A program made the translations under genes and the position numbers. The notes beneath the pieces were generated by a model. That model worked only from the letters and a program-made list of their open reading frames with translations, was not told where the DNA came from and made no database searches. Shown piece after piece: positions 10,321 to 21,563 of a stretch of 64,000 nt of DNA (its first letter is position 1; the number at the start of each line of letters is the position of its first letter). The DNA is taken from positions 102,434-166,433 of the forward strand of contig JACDGK010000001.1 of assembly GCA_013815345.1 (NCBI GenBank), in the 5' to 3' direction. This DNA comes from Patescibacteria group bacterium (GTDB lineage Bacteria > Patescibacteriota > Minisyncoccia > Phycocordibacterales > Phycocordibacteraceae).

Positions 10321-10936
10321 GTTTCTGTAGCTTATTCCTTAAATTATTAATATGCACGTCCATAACGCGGCTTAGTGGATTGAAAGAGAAATCCCACAAG
10401 TGATCGATAATCTTTTGTCGTCCGAGCACTTCTCCTGGATGCTGCATAAAATACTCGAGAATTCTGAATTCTTTGAGAGTGAGTGGAATCTTTTTGCCGG
10501 CGAGATACACTTCTTGCGAAGCGGGCTTCAACGTGAGCTCACCGACGATGAGCTCAGGTGGCAATGTTTCGCGCGATCGCCGAGAGAGTGCACGAACGCG
10601 TGAAAGCAATTCCTCAAAAGAAAATGGTTTTACGAGATAATCGTCGGCACCGCTATCGAGACCTTGCACTTTGTCACTAACCGTATCTTTTGCTGTAAGC
10701 ATGATGATCGGCGTCATGACGGCACGCTCGCGAAGCGAGCGTGCTATCGAAATGCCATCTTTTCCGGGAAGCGCAATATCGAGGATCAGGAGGTCGTAAT
10801 CCATTTTTCCTAGCAAGGCGCGTTTTTCTCCCTCAATTCCATCAGGAACCGTATCTGCGGCATATCCCTCTTGTTCAAAGCCCCGCTTTAGAGATTCCGC
10901 GAGTTTTACATTGTCTTCTATGATCAGCAGGCGCAT
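10262..10936 (-). CDS. OmpR/PhoB family response regulator
   Basis: Receiver domain plus wHTH (ETVRGIGY). Confidence 0.95.
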   Translation of the reverse strand: MRLLIIEDNVKLAESLKRGFEQEGYAADTVPDGIEGEKRALLGKMDYDLLILDIALPGKDGISIARSLRERAVMTPIIMLTAKDTVSDKVQGLDSGADDYLVKPFSFEELLSRVRALSRRSRETLPPELIVGELTLKPASQEVYLAGKKIPLTLKEFRILEYFMQHPGEVLGRQKIIDHLWDFSFNPLSRVMDVHINNLRNKLQKHDESITIETVRGIGYRLSP

Positions 10937-10958
10937 ATAGCTACCATAGTGTAGTCAT

Positions 10959-10975
10959 GTAAAGTTCTCGTAAAG
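10959..10975 (-). promoter_or_regulatory. Putative autoregulatory direct repeat upstream of the response regulator
   Basis: GTAAAG-N5-GTAAAG, next to a TACACT -10 box on the minus strand. Confidence 0.5.
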
Positions 10976-10995
10976 GAGACGATAACGATAAATGT

Positions 10996-11421
10996 ATGTT
11001 TATAAGGTATGGTAAGCGAATGAAACGATTCCTGAGATATGTAGCCGTGACCCTACCAACCTTCCTGCTCGATCTGGGTTTGCTTGTCTTGCTCACACAG
11101 GTCTTTTCAGTGAATTACGTTCTTGCCACGGGAATTGCTTTTATCGTCGCAACGACAGCCAACTATTTTCTCAGTCGACGCTTCGTTTTTATGGGTTCGC
11201 ACCGTTCTTTTTCACTAGGATATGTATATTTTCTTACCATCGCACTCGTCGGCCTTTTTACCGTTACCTCTTCTATATGGGTACTCGTCGGCCTTTTACA
11301 CTTTAATTATATTTTGAGTCGCCTCCTTATAGCCTTCGTCGAAGGTATGTGGAATTACCTCATGAACCTCTACCTCAATTTCAAAGTCAGTGGGAAACCC
11401 GTTTCTGAAGTAAACGCATAA
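10996..11421 (+). CDS. GtrA family membrane protein
   Basis: RFLRY...NYFLSRRFVF...WNYLMN pattern with four TM helices. Confidence 0.85.
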   Translation: MFIRYGKRMKRFLRYVAVTLPTFLLDLGLLVLLTQVFSVNYVLATGIAFIVATTANYFLSRRFVFMGSHRSFSLGYVYFLTIALVGLFTVTSSIWVLVGLLHFNYILSRLLIAFVEGMWNYLMNLYLNFKVSGKPVSEVNA

Positions 11422-11441
11422 AAATGCCGAATCTCCCAAAT

Positions 11442-11468
11442 CGTGTTGCGGAGGCCGGAATCGAACCG
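11442..11468 (-). repeat. att-like direct repeat of the tRNA-fMet 3' end
   Basis: 26/27 identical to 16010-16036. Confidence 0.85.
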
Positions 11469-11670
11469 ACTGTTTCGTCCCGTATTTACTAGAGTTCGAT
11501 TCCGACCCGCATCATATAAAGAATCTTCATCTTTTGCAGAGATTGATACCCTAGTAGTATTTATAATTCCCATAATTAAAAAGACCGCAGAGAATGCGAG
11601 GTCCGAGAATCCACGAATATTGGTAAATAATATAAAACAGCTCGCTATCTAATTTAGAAGCGAGCTGTTG

Positions 11671-12189
11671 TTAGATACTTGAAATAACATTGATCCAATC
11701 ATGCACAACAATAACGTGACTGAGCGTTTCTGTGTGATTGAATTCTTCCACTTCACTTTGCTGTGGATGAAATAGAAAGAGATTTTTGACTTTCTCGACG
11801 AAGAAATTGAGTACTTCAAGACGATCATCTACCACGATGGTCGTACCTCGATTAGTCAAAGTCTCTTGATTAATGTACTGCGTTTTGTCACGCCCTGTAG
11901 TGGAACGGATTACTCGATCTGGAGAAATTCCTGTTCGTTCGAAGAAACTGTGTGTCATGAGCCAGGCCTGAATCTTTTGCTCAGCAACATTAGTTGCATT
12001 ATATGCAACAGTAATGTTTCCGGAGAATTTATCACAGATAATACGCAAACTCTCCATTGCATTAGGAACTTCAGGGATCGCATTGTAATTAATTGTGTGA
12101 AAGTTCTCGGGGCTAGTATTTGTAAGCCAGTGGGCAATAATTACATTTCCCAAGTCCACAATAGCTCCCTCATTGATAGGTTCATACAT
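11671..12189 (-). CDS. HAD-like hydrolase (putative nucleotidase)
   Basis: IVDLGNVI resembles motif I and IVVDDR resembles motif IV. Confidence 0.5.
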   Translation of the reverse strand: MYEPINEGAIVDLGNVIIAHWLTNTSPENFHTINYNAIPEVPNAMESLRIICDKFSGNITVAYNATNVAEQKIQAWLMTHSFFERTGISPDRVIRSTTGRDKTQYINQETLTNRGTTIVVDDRLEVLNFFVEKVKNLFLFHPQQSEVEEFNHTETLSHVIVVHDWINVISSI

Positions 12190-12247
12190 TGTCGTACCTC
12201 CAATACCAGTCTGGACTAATTATCCCATATAAATTAAAATTTGCAAC

Positions 12248-13291
12248 ATGGAATCTTCAACTGGAGATGTATCTCTGCCAATCAGTCTAGGTACAAAAAA
12301 TGGAAAAATAGTTGTGGTTATGGCACGAATTCCAAGAGTGGGTCTGCATGAACCATTTTTTATAGACTCGTTAGATGGCCGTTTTCATTTAGCCCACATA
12401 AGCAAGAGTATCGAATCAGAGCAAGACGTTTTGGTTAGACCTCTGCACTATGATGAAAATGATGATCGTATTGAATTTATTCTCATTGAAAAATTTATCT
12501 CCAAGTATTTATCGATCGAGACGGTAAGTGATAAGACTCATTTCATATTTCATATGTCTAGATGTGGTTCTACATTGGCAGCTCAAATGCTTTCTACAGT
12601 GAATAGATTTTATGTACTTTCTGAACCAACTATTATAAATGAGATATTAGATCCGAATTTAGAATTACCAAACGGTATTTCGAAGTGGGATCTTTTAAAA
12701 GGAGTCATAAATGCTATTTCCATTTTCAAGCCAGATCATTGTGAGCATCTTTTCATTAAATTCCGTAGTTGGAACATCTTTTTTCTAAGTGAAATATTAA
12801 GCCTCTATCCAGGAATCACTTGGTCATTTATTCATCGTAATGGGTTGGAAGTTATGGAATCAATATTACGCGATCAGCCTGGATGGATACGGGGGCGAGA
12901 TAGAAATATATCTTTCTTTTCAAAAGTGCTCGGCATTAGTGAAGATGAAATTCGACTAATGAGTAGCAGTGAATATTCTGCTCGCATACTTGGTGCTATA
13001 TGTAAGGAAGCCTCAATAAATAGAAGTGGTAATAGTGCTTATATTTCTTATGAAGATATTCCCAATAGATTGCCTGAATTGTTAGAGAAACCATTTAAAT
13101 TGAAACTAACTTCTGATGAGAGAGGCAGTATGATTAAGCGCTCAACATTCTACTCAAAAGACAAATTGAGTAAGAAGGTGTTCACTGAAGACAGTTTAGA
13201 GAAGCGTAGCTCTATGAGCGACTTAGATATAATTAATGCTACTCGATTTATTGAGATAGAAAGAAAGGGTATATTCACAAAAACAATATGA
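12248..13291 (+). CDS. Sulfotransferase-like P-loop protein
   Basis: FHMSRCGSTL (5'-PSB-loop-like), LSEP, FIHRN...S and ISYED. Confidence 0.6.
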   Translation: MESSTGDVSLPISLGTKNGKIVVVMARIPRVGLHEPFFIDSLDGRFHLAHISKSIESEQDVLVRPLHYDENDDRIEFILIEKFISKYLSIETVSDKTHFIFHMSRCGSTLAAQMLSTVNRFYVLSEPTIINEILDPNLELPNGISKWDLLKGVINAISIFKPDHCEHLFIKFRSWNIFFLSEILSLYPGITWSFIHRNGLEVMESILRDQPGWIRGRDRNISFFSKVLGISEDEIRLMSSSEYSARILGAICKEASINRSGNSAYISYEDIPNRLPELLEKPFKLKLTSDERGSMIKRSTFYSKDKLSKKVFTEDSLEKRSSMSDLDIINATRFIEIERKGIFTKTI

Positions 13292-13800
13292 AAGAATCTA
13301 AATTAAGTGACGAACTATACATGCAGCGTTGCATCGAACTAGCCGCAAAAGGATCAAAATCAATGGATTTCCCTTTTGGTTCCTTGTTAGTACATCATGA
13401 CTCAATTATAGCTGAGTTTCATAACGAAGCATTGCTTACTAATGAAATATACAAACACGCAGAAATGCTTGTGTTAATACACGCGCAGAAGGAACTTTCC
13501 AGTAGTCAACTTAAGAAAGCAACGCTTTATTGCACCGTCGAGCCTTGTGCGATGTGTTCTTTCGCCATACAGGAACTTGGAATTTCTAGAGTAGTATTTG
13601 GCTTGCGCTCACCAATAATGGGTGGTTATTCTAAATGGAAAATACTTCAAGATGAAGAGCTGGGGGCCACATTCCCTAATACATTTGGAAAAGCACCGGA
13701 AATATCGCCTGGCGTTCTAAGAGATTCTGTAGCAGATGGGTGGAAAAAATGGAATCCAGAGAAATGGGCGCGATTCTTAGAAAAGGGAGTCTTTACTTAA
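13288..13800 (+). CDS. Zn-dependent nucleoside deaminase (TadA/guanine deaminase-like)
   Basis: PFG, HAE and EPCAMC motifs. Confidence 0.9.
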   Translation: MKESKLSDELYMQRCIELAAKGSKSMDFPFGSLLVHHDSIIAEFHNEALLTNEIYKHAEMLVLIHAQKELSSSQLKKATLYCTVEPCAMCSFAIQELGISRVVFGLRSPIMGGYSKWKILQDEELGATFPNTFGKAPEISPGVLRDSVADGWKKWNPEKWARFLEKGVFT

Positions 13801-13805
13801 ACCAA

Positions 13806-14450
13806 TTAGAATTCTCCAAAATGTGCGTGGTCATTCCAACCTAGCACATACCAGCCTGACTCATGAAGTTCGAAGGATAGGTCATATTGAATAGTCGTTA
13901 TACCAGTATTATCTGGCACAAATGTGCGCTTAACTTCATAAAACAATTCAGGCGTAATCTTATCACCAAAGATTACCAGAGCTAGAACCATTTTAAGAAT
14001 TTCACCATGTGTCACCACTAAAATATTTCTCTCTTCCTTTTTAGAGAGGAACTCAAGCATTTTCTGTGCCCTGTCTCTAATTTGAAAATAATCCTCCTCA
14101 TCTGAATGACGATTATCAGGGTCAGTAAAAGTACTTTTCACGATTTTCATAATTTCCTTCACTTCAGGCTCGGACTTACATCGCCCGCGAACTGCTGTAG
14201 GACGATTCACTTCTTCAAAAATTGGATTCTCATTTACTGCATGCCCAGTTACCAAAGATATTGCTTGCGCCGTTTGCGAAGCGCGCATCATAGGACTACT
14301 GAAAATAATATCAATCGGGATTGACTTGAATCTATTAGCCAAGACTTCAGCCTGTTTTAAACCGCGCTCAGATAATTCAATTGTAGGGAGCTGAAATTGA
14401 TCAGTCTCATTCCCTTCAGTACTCCCATGTCGCACAAAATATATATTCAT
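13806..14450 (-). CDS. Histidine phosphatase (phosphoglycerate mutase family)
   Basis: VRHG, SSP..RA.QTA, VTHG and WND.AH motifs. Confidence 0.92.
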   Translation of the reverse strand: MNIYFVRHGSTEGNETDQFQLPTIELSERGLKQAEVLANRFKSIPIDIIFSSPMMRASQTAQAISLVTGHAVNENPIFEEVNRPTAVRGRCKSEPEVKEIMKIVKSTFTDPDNRHSDEEDYFQIRDRAQKMLEFLSKKEERNILVVTHGEILKMVLALVIFGDKITPELFYEVKRTFVPDNTGITTIQYDLSFELHESGWYVLGWNDHAHFGEF

Positions 14451-14455
14451 AATTT

Positions 14456-15691
14456 TTATGCTAAATCATATCTCCCATTAATAATATTCTTGGTTGCTCC
14501 TGAAACGTCAGTAATTATCTCAGAAATTATATATTGAACCAGTACAGTATCTATAGATTCCACTGAATTTACGATAACTGACCAAGGTTCATCAATAGGC
14601 TTGTCTGTCTGACTAATAATAAAAACTTCATTGGGTGTACCTGTTTTATTATATATCTCCTGGGCTATATCCCATGCCATTACAGAATATAATTTCCCAG
14701 CGTGATATTGGGGATTTTTTCCACTCAAACCTTCTATACTAAACGGGCGACGTGACGATATAACTCCTCCTAACCGATTTCCCCGTGCGACCTGGCCTTC
14801 ATCCCCAGATTCGACACAGGAGCCAGTATAAAGCATGTAAAGAAGGTCGTCTCTTTGGCCGTCCGCAGTATTTAGCGTAAAATTTACGTTAAACATTTCA
14901 ATTTTTGAAACTACTCCACGTATTATGGAGCGAACTATTTCCAAATTCTCTTGGTATTGATCAATTGTTGCAACTTCGGTTGATATCTGAGGTACACATA
15001 ATGTAAGCATTACTTCCTGTGCATTTCTAACAGCCATTACCTTTATATCTGAGCCGAGCCAATGATATTTTTTCTTAGAAATATCAGAATTGAGTTCTCG
15101 TTCTACTTCAAGAACAAGAATCTCTAATGGAGTATAGGGAGCCCATCCACAACCCACCGCCGTATCATTCGCTACAGGTCTTATGTATTCAGGTAAATCT
15201 GTAAGTTTACCAGGACGAAATCTTGAGTATGCAGATGAACGTGCATTCGTAGAATTTATAGGCTGTAGGCCTCGTGTTGTATTTGCAGTTATCTCAATCA
15301 TTAACCTGCAATTTGTTAGAAAATCAAAGTTCTTAAGTTCAGTCTCCAAAAAATTTGCTGCAGTATCAATTAAAGCATCACGATACTGAACCTTTTTGCC
15401 TCCAACCTCTGGAGTTGCCCTGCCATTTATTAGCAACCGTATAGGTGAGACAAAGTTCCCACCACCAAAACGGACATCGCATTTCCCACCCATCAATGAT
15501 AATTTGTCGAATTGGTGCCTCAATATGGTTCCAAATTGGTCTATACAAATCTGCGAATAGGTTCGAGAAAGCAGTTCAGCCAGTTTGTCAGCGAGGGTGT
15601 CAGGGTGACCTCTTCCTTTGCGTTCAATAACTTCAAAATCAGCTTTGGACAGATCTTTTAAGTCATTTACAAATCGAATATTCGATACCAT
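14456..15691 (-). CDS. Methionine adenosyltransferase, archaeal-type (Mat) family
   Basis: ERKGRGHPDTLAD, ANDT, DIKVM, ESGDEGQVARGNR and GKNPQYHAGKLY motifs. Confidence 0.85.
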   Translation of the reverse strand: MVSNIRFVNDLKDLSKADFEVIERKGRGHPDTLADKLAELLSRTYSQICIDQFGTILRHQFDKLSLMGGKCDVRFGGGNFVSPIRLLINGRATPEVGGKKVQYRDALIDTAANFLETELKNFDFLTNCRLMIEITANTTRGLQPINSTNARSSAYSRFRPGKLTDLPEYIRPVANDTAVGCGWAPYTPLEILVLEVERELNSDISKKKYHWLGSDIKVMAVRNAQEVMLTLCVPQISTEVATIDQYQENLEIVRSIIRGVVSKIEMFNVNFTLNTADGQRDDLLYMLYTGSCVESGDEGQVARGNRLGGVISSRRPFSIEGLSGKNPQYHAGKLYSVMAWDIAQEIYNKTGTPNEVFIISQTDKPIDEPWSVIVNSVESIDTVLVQYIISEIITDVSGATKNIINGRYDLA

Positions 15692-15907
15692 ATGTACATT
15701 CTAACAGATATTTAGATTCAAAAAATCTATCTAGATCTTAATTCACTCACATTCAGTATAATCTGAATTATGTAATCCGACCTACTAGGGTAGATAAATA
15801 TTGGTTCCAGGCATTTCGATTCCGGTCCCCGAATTCATCAGAACACAAATCATTTGTATTGGAGATAACAGGAATCGAACTGAGAATACGCTGCAAATGC
15901 TTAAGCA

Positions 15908-15944
15908 CAGAAAAAGCCTGCAAGGTATTTGCAGGCTTTTTCTG
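15908..15944. terminator. Terminator downstream of tRNA-fMet
   Basis: CAGAAAAAGCCTGCAA..TTGCAGGCTTTTTCTG hairpin. Confidence 0.75.
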
Positions 15945-16013
15945 GTGAACGAGGGGCCGGTACTGTACTGGGTTTGATGCCTGTCGGTACTGGTTCCTCG
16001 TGTCACAACCGTG

Positions 16014-16084
16014 TTGCGGGGGCCGGAATCGAACCGGCGTCTGGAGGTTATGAGCCTCCCGAGGTACCTCTCCTCTACCCCGCT
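16014..16084 (-). tRNA. tRNA-fMet (CAT), initiator
   Basis: Cloverleaf with CTCATAA loop, A1:A72 mismatch, A11:U24 and GTTCGATT T-loop; CCA is not encoded. Confidence 0.9.
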
Positions 16085-16138
16085 ATATAAATCGTAGTGA
16101 AGCTTCGCATTTACCATCCCGCCATGGAATGGCCTCAA

Positions 16139-16155
16139 TCCTCTACCCCGCTATA
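16139..16155 (-). repeat. 17-bp duplicate of the tRNA-fMet 5' end
   Basis: TCCTCTACCCCGCTATA, identical to 16071-16087. Confidence 0.85.
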
Positions 16156-16189
16156 CTCATATACTACCTATGTTTTGCCTCAAATCAAG

Positions 16190-16516
16190 TTAGTCCAGCT
16201 CGAGGAGATGTTGAGGTGAGTTAGGTTTTATGTTGCTCCGTCGCTCAAGGGCTGAGATTCGGTGTTCGTGGTTGATTGATGCGAGCGCATCTTTTCCCTC
16301 GGCCTCAGTAAGGGCAGATAAGTTTTCTTTTATCTCCTCTAGGGAATATTCAATTTTGATTACTCGTAATTCGATGTTTCGAGTTACTTCCCAGAGATTT
16401 CGGAATTGTTCATCAATAAAAGAAAATCTTACTTCAAGCATGTCGAACAACTTCGACATGGTCTCATCGAACTTCTCATTGGTGACATGTGATGCTGCAA
16501 CCGTCATTGAAAGCAT
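16190..16516 (-). CDS. Hypothetical coiled-coil protein
   Basis: 108-aa helical ORF ending NHEHRISALE. Confidence 0.6.
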   Translation of the reverse strand: MLSMTVAASHVTNEKFDETMSKLFDMLEVRFSFIDEQFRNLWEVTRNIELRVIKIEYSLEEIKENLSALTEAEGKDALASINHEHRISALERRSNIKPNSPQHLLELD

Positions 16517-16583
16517 TTTACCACGATCAATTCACAAAACTCTCAAATCTTTATAAAGTAAAGATGAAATTCTATGGAAAACA

Positions 16584-17171
16584 CTAAATTTCGTTGAATT
16601 CTCGGAAAACGTTCTCGTAGTGGCCAATGGTTCTGTATGCGAGCTGGTCAGAAAGCTTATAGGCAAAGCCCTGATGGGCTATCTCATTACGAACGCGATG
16701 GGCTTCCCAGGCATCTTGCAGCGTCCGAAAATGTGACGCATTTGCAAGTTTTAGTTTGTCACCCACACCATTGCCTAAAAGGCCGAGCTTGGAAAGAAGC
16801 TCATCGAGCATGATATCGGCTTCTATAATGGCCTGACGCCAGTCGCTTTCCTGCGGGCTCTCGATAAGTTGGCGAATGTACGCCCAGCGGGAATGTTCGA
16901 GCTGTACATCCGCGATCTCTTTAGGAATCGTTGCGTATTTTGGGTCCTCATCACGCGATATTTGGTGGAGTCGCATAGTGAAATATACAAGCAATCCTAT
17001 ACAAAAAAATGAAATCAAATAGGCGATAATCGTAACGAAAATCCATAGAGCGCTTGCGAAGTCTGCAAAGCCATTGGCTGACGATCCTCTAAAGATAAAG
17101 ATCGCGTTGTAAATGAGCTGAAAGAAATACGCAATGTTAAGGAAATCAATAGGAGGATCGGCAGGCGTCAT
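16584..17171 (-). CDS. Hypothetical membrane-anchored protein
   Basis: TM segment plus WRQAIIEAD...AWEAHRVRNEIAH. Confidence 0.75.
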   Translation of the reverse strand: MTPADPPIDFLNIAYFFQLIYNAIFIFRGSSANGFADFASALWIFVTIIAYLISFFCIGLLVYFTMRLHQISRDEDPKYATIPKEIADVQLEHSRWAYIRQLIESPQESDWRQAIIEADIMLDELLSKLGLLGNGVGDKLKLANASHFRTLQDAWEAHRVRNEIAHQGFAYKLSDQLAYRTIGHYENVFREFNEI

Positions 17172-17224
17172 TCTTTCTAGTATACGACATCATTTACTTA
17201 CGAGTCCGCGAGTTTAGGAAATGA

Positions 17225-18691
17225 TTAGTGCCCATGTAGTAACGTTTCTCCGGTGATTGCAGCGCCTATTGTAAACAAGAGGTCGTCCGCGCCTTTAGGC
17301 GCGGTAAAGTGTATGCCCGTCGAAAGATCCTTACCTTCTCGCATGACAGTGCCCATCGGCACAGAGATTGCTGGCATGCCCGTGAGATTGGCGGTCACCG
17401 TAAAGATATCTTCGAGGTACATAGAGACTGGGTCGCTCTTTTCACCGAATTTAAACGCAGGAGAAGGTGTTGTCGGGAACGCGATCACATCGACTTTTTC
17501 AAAGGCGTCATCATATTCTTTCGTAAGTACGGCACGCGCTGCATCTGCCTTGCGATAGTATGCATCAATATATCCGGAAGAAAGCACGAACGTTCCGAGT
17601 AAAATTCGACGCTGTACTTCTTCGCCGAAGCCTTCAGTGCGCGTTTCAACATAGTCATCGAGAAGTGTCTTTCCGCGCTTCGCGAGACCATACCGCATAC
17701 CGTCAAATCGTGAGAGATTGGTGGAGGCTTCTGCGGGCATGATGACGTAGTACACCGCGAGCGCATATGAGCTCGTTGGGAGATTCACTTCCACAATCTC
17801 ATGCCCCTGTTCCTTAATTTTTTGCAAAGCTATATCGAAGTTTGCTCGCAAATCGGGATCAATGCCAGAATCAAGAAGATGGTACGGCACACCGACGCGA
17901 AACACCTTCGGTGTTCCGCGTTTCTCATACGGCGACTCTGCAGGAATAGTCGTAGAGTCCAAAGTATCATTTCCTTGTATCGCATCGAAAAGAATTTTTG
18001 CGTCAGCAACCGTTTTCGTGAGTGGTCCGATCTGATCCAAAGAAGAACCTAGCGCCATCAGCCCTGAGCGCGAAATAGAGCCGTAGGTGGGCTTAAATCC
18101 GACTAACCCGCAATGCGCTGCCGGCTGACGAATAGAGCCACCCGTATCAGAGCCAAGAGCAGCGATGACTGTGTGGGCGGCCACAGCGGCGGCTGAGCCG
18201 CCGCTTGAGCCGCCCGGAACACGCGACACATCATGAGGATTCTTAGTGGCTCCGAATGCTGAATGCTCGGTAGAACTTCCCATTGCGAACTCGTCCATAT
18301 TGGTTCGTCCTATAAAAATCGCTCCCTCGGCTTTAAGTTTCATAATTACGGTGGCATCATACGTTGCTCGATAATTCTCAAGAATCTTCGATGACGCGCT
18401 CGCAATCCGGCCCTCAATAAGAATATTGTCTTTAATGGCCAGTGGAACGCCGCAAAGCATGGGTGCCTTCTCGCCTTCAGTATCAAGGCGTTTTTGAGCT
18501 GCATCGATCGCTGCGTCGGTTTCGGCGTCGATGAAAAACTCGCGATAGGCATTCAATTCAGAGTTTCTTGCTTCTGCTGTCGCAAAGCATGCGTCAAAGA
18601 GTTCGCGCACGCTGAATTGTCCCGAGCGCAAAACGCTCGCGGCTTCCGTTATTGAAAGCTCATTCGGTCTTTTGGCACCGGCGTCAGTCAT
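17225..18691 (-). CDS. gatA: Asp/Glu-tRNA amidotransferase subunit A
   Basis: Amidase signature GGSSGGS, GSDTGGSIRQPA and NLSRFDG. Confidence 0.97.
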   Translation of the reverse strand: MTDAGAKRPNELSITEAASVLRSGQFSVRELFDACFATAEARNSELNAYREFFIDAETDAAIDAAQKRLDTEGEKAPMLCGVPLAIKDNILIEGRIASASSKILENYRATYDATVIMKLKAEGAIFIGRTNMDEFAMGSSTEHSAFGATKNPHDVSRVPGGSSGGSAAAVAAHTVIAALGSDTGGSIRQPAAHCGLVGFKPTYGSISRSGLMALGSSLDQIGPLTKTVADAKILFDAIQGNDTLDSTTIPAESPYEKRGTPKVFRVGVPYHLLDSGIDPDLRANFDIALQKIKEQGHEIVEVNLPTSSYALAVYYVIMPAEASTNLSRFDGMRYGLAKRGKTLLDDYVETRTEGFGEEVQRRILLGTFVLSSGYIDAYYRKADAARAVLTKEYDDAFEKVDVIAFPTTPSPAFKFGEKSDPVSMYLEDIFTVTANLTGMPAISVPMGTVMREGKDLSTGIHFTAPKGADDLLFTIGAAITGETLLHGH

Positions 18692-18971
18692 GGGAGATAA
18701 TCTGCTTCACCGAAAGTGCGTTACCTTCTCGTGCAGGGAATTGTTCGGCAAGCTTTTCTGTCCACTTCCCTTTTTCATGCGGGTCAGCATCAGCACGAAA
18801 CACATTTGTGTAGGGCAAAAGAGGCTCGCCTTTTGGCACCTGAAGCTCCTCAAGCTGACTCACATATTTTAAAATTCCATCGAATTCCTCCGCAAATCGA
18901 GTAAGTTTTCCTTCCGGCACGGAAATACGCGCGAGCGCCGCAAGTTTTTTAACGTCTTCAGAAGTTGCCAT
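18684..18971 (-). CDS. gatC: Asp/Glu-tRNA amidotransferase subunit C
   Basis: VKKLAALARI, NVFRAD; directly upstream of gatA. Confidence 0.92.
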   Translation of the reverse strand: MATSEDVKKLAALARISVPEGKLTRFAEEFDGILKYVSQLEELQVPKGEPLLPYTNVFRADADPHEKGKWTEKLAEQFPAREGNALSVKQIISHD

Positions 18972-19040
18972 ACCGCCACTATATCACAGTCATAATCACT
19001 CAGAAAAGTTCATAAAAAGACTTCATGATATACTTGAAAT

Positions 19041-19259
19041 ATGAAACGAGTTTTTCCTATAATTGTCGAAAAAGATGAAGATGGCTTCTTTGTCGCAACG
19101 AATCCAACACTTCCCGGTTGCTACAGCCAAGGCAAAACCATGGAAGAAGCATTAAAAAATGTGCAGGAGGTAACTGAACTTTGCCTTGAGGAACTTTCCG
19201 TTGAAGATCGAGAGATTGAGCAGGATACACAAGTCAGTGTACATCTTATTACAGCCTAA
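19041..19259 (+). CDS. hicB: HicB family antitoxin (short, no DNA-binding domain)
   Basis: LPGCYSQGKTMEEALKN. Confidence 0.88.
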   Translation: MKRVFPIIVEKDEDGFFVATNPTLPGCYSQGKTMEEALKNVQEVTELCLEELSVEDREIEQDTQVSVHLITA

Positions 19260-19261
19260 TA

Positions 19262-19477
19262 ATGCCTCGACTACCACGGCTTTCAGGAAAAGAAGTTATT
19301 AAAAAATTTGAGCATCTCGGATATTCCCAAACCCGACAACGAGGAAGTCATGTATGGCTCGAACACAACTTATTGCCTCCTACCTCTGTGCCTCTTCACA
19401 ACGTTATAGGGCCAGGACTTCTTCGCCAGATTTTGCGCGAAATTAAAGTATCCGTGAAAGAATTTATTGAACTTTAA
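19262..19477 (+). CDS. hicA: HicA family mRNA interferase toxin
   Basis: RQRGSH, VPLH and GLLRQIL motifs. Confidence 0.9.
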   Translation: MPRLPRLSGKEVIKKFEHLGYSQTRQRGSHVWLEHNLLPPTSVPLHNVIGPGLLRQILREIKVSVKEFIEL

Positions 19478-19484
19478 AGCTATC

Positions 19485-21518
<2,034 letters not shown>

Positions 21519-21563
21519 TTATGGTACTCAAAAAGAGCCCGTACTGCCACTCAATTTCAAACG

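Larger units (their letters stand above)
11442..16036. mobile_element. Integrase-less genomic islet at tRNA-fMet
   Basis: Bounded by the 27-bp tRNA 3' duplication; visibly more AT-rich than its flanks; five cargo genes. Confidence 0.75.

Noticed and set aside
11442-11515. Possible extra tRNA gene
   Set aside because: It has only T-arm/acceptor fragments in opposite orientations, with no D arm or anticodon arm.
16084-16155. tRNA intron
   Set aside because: The downstream tRNA is complete by itself; the extra sequence is a duplication with no self-splicing intron features.
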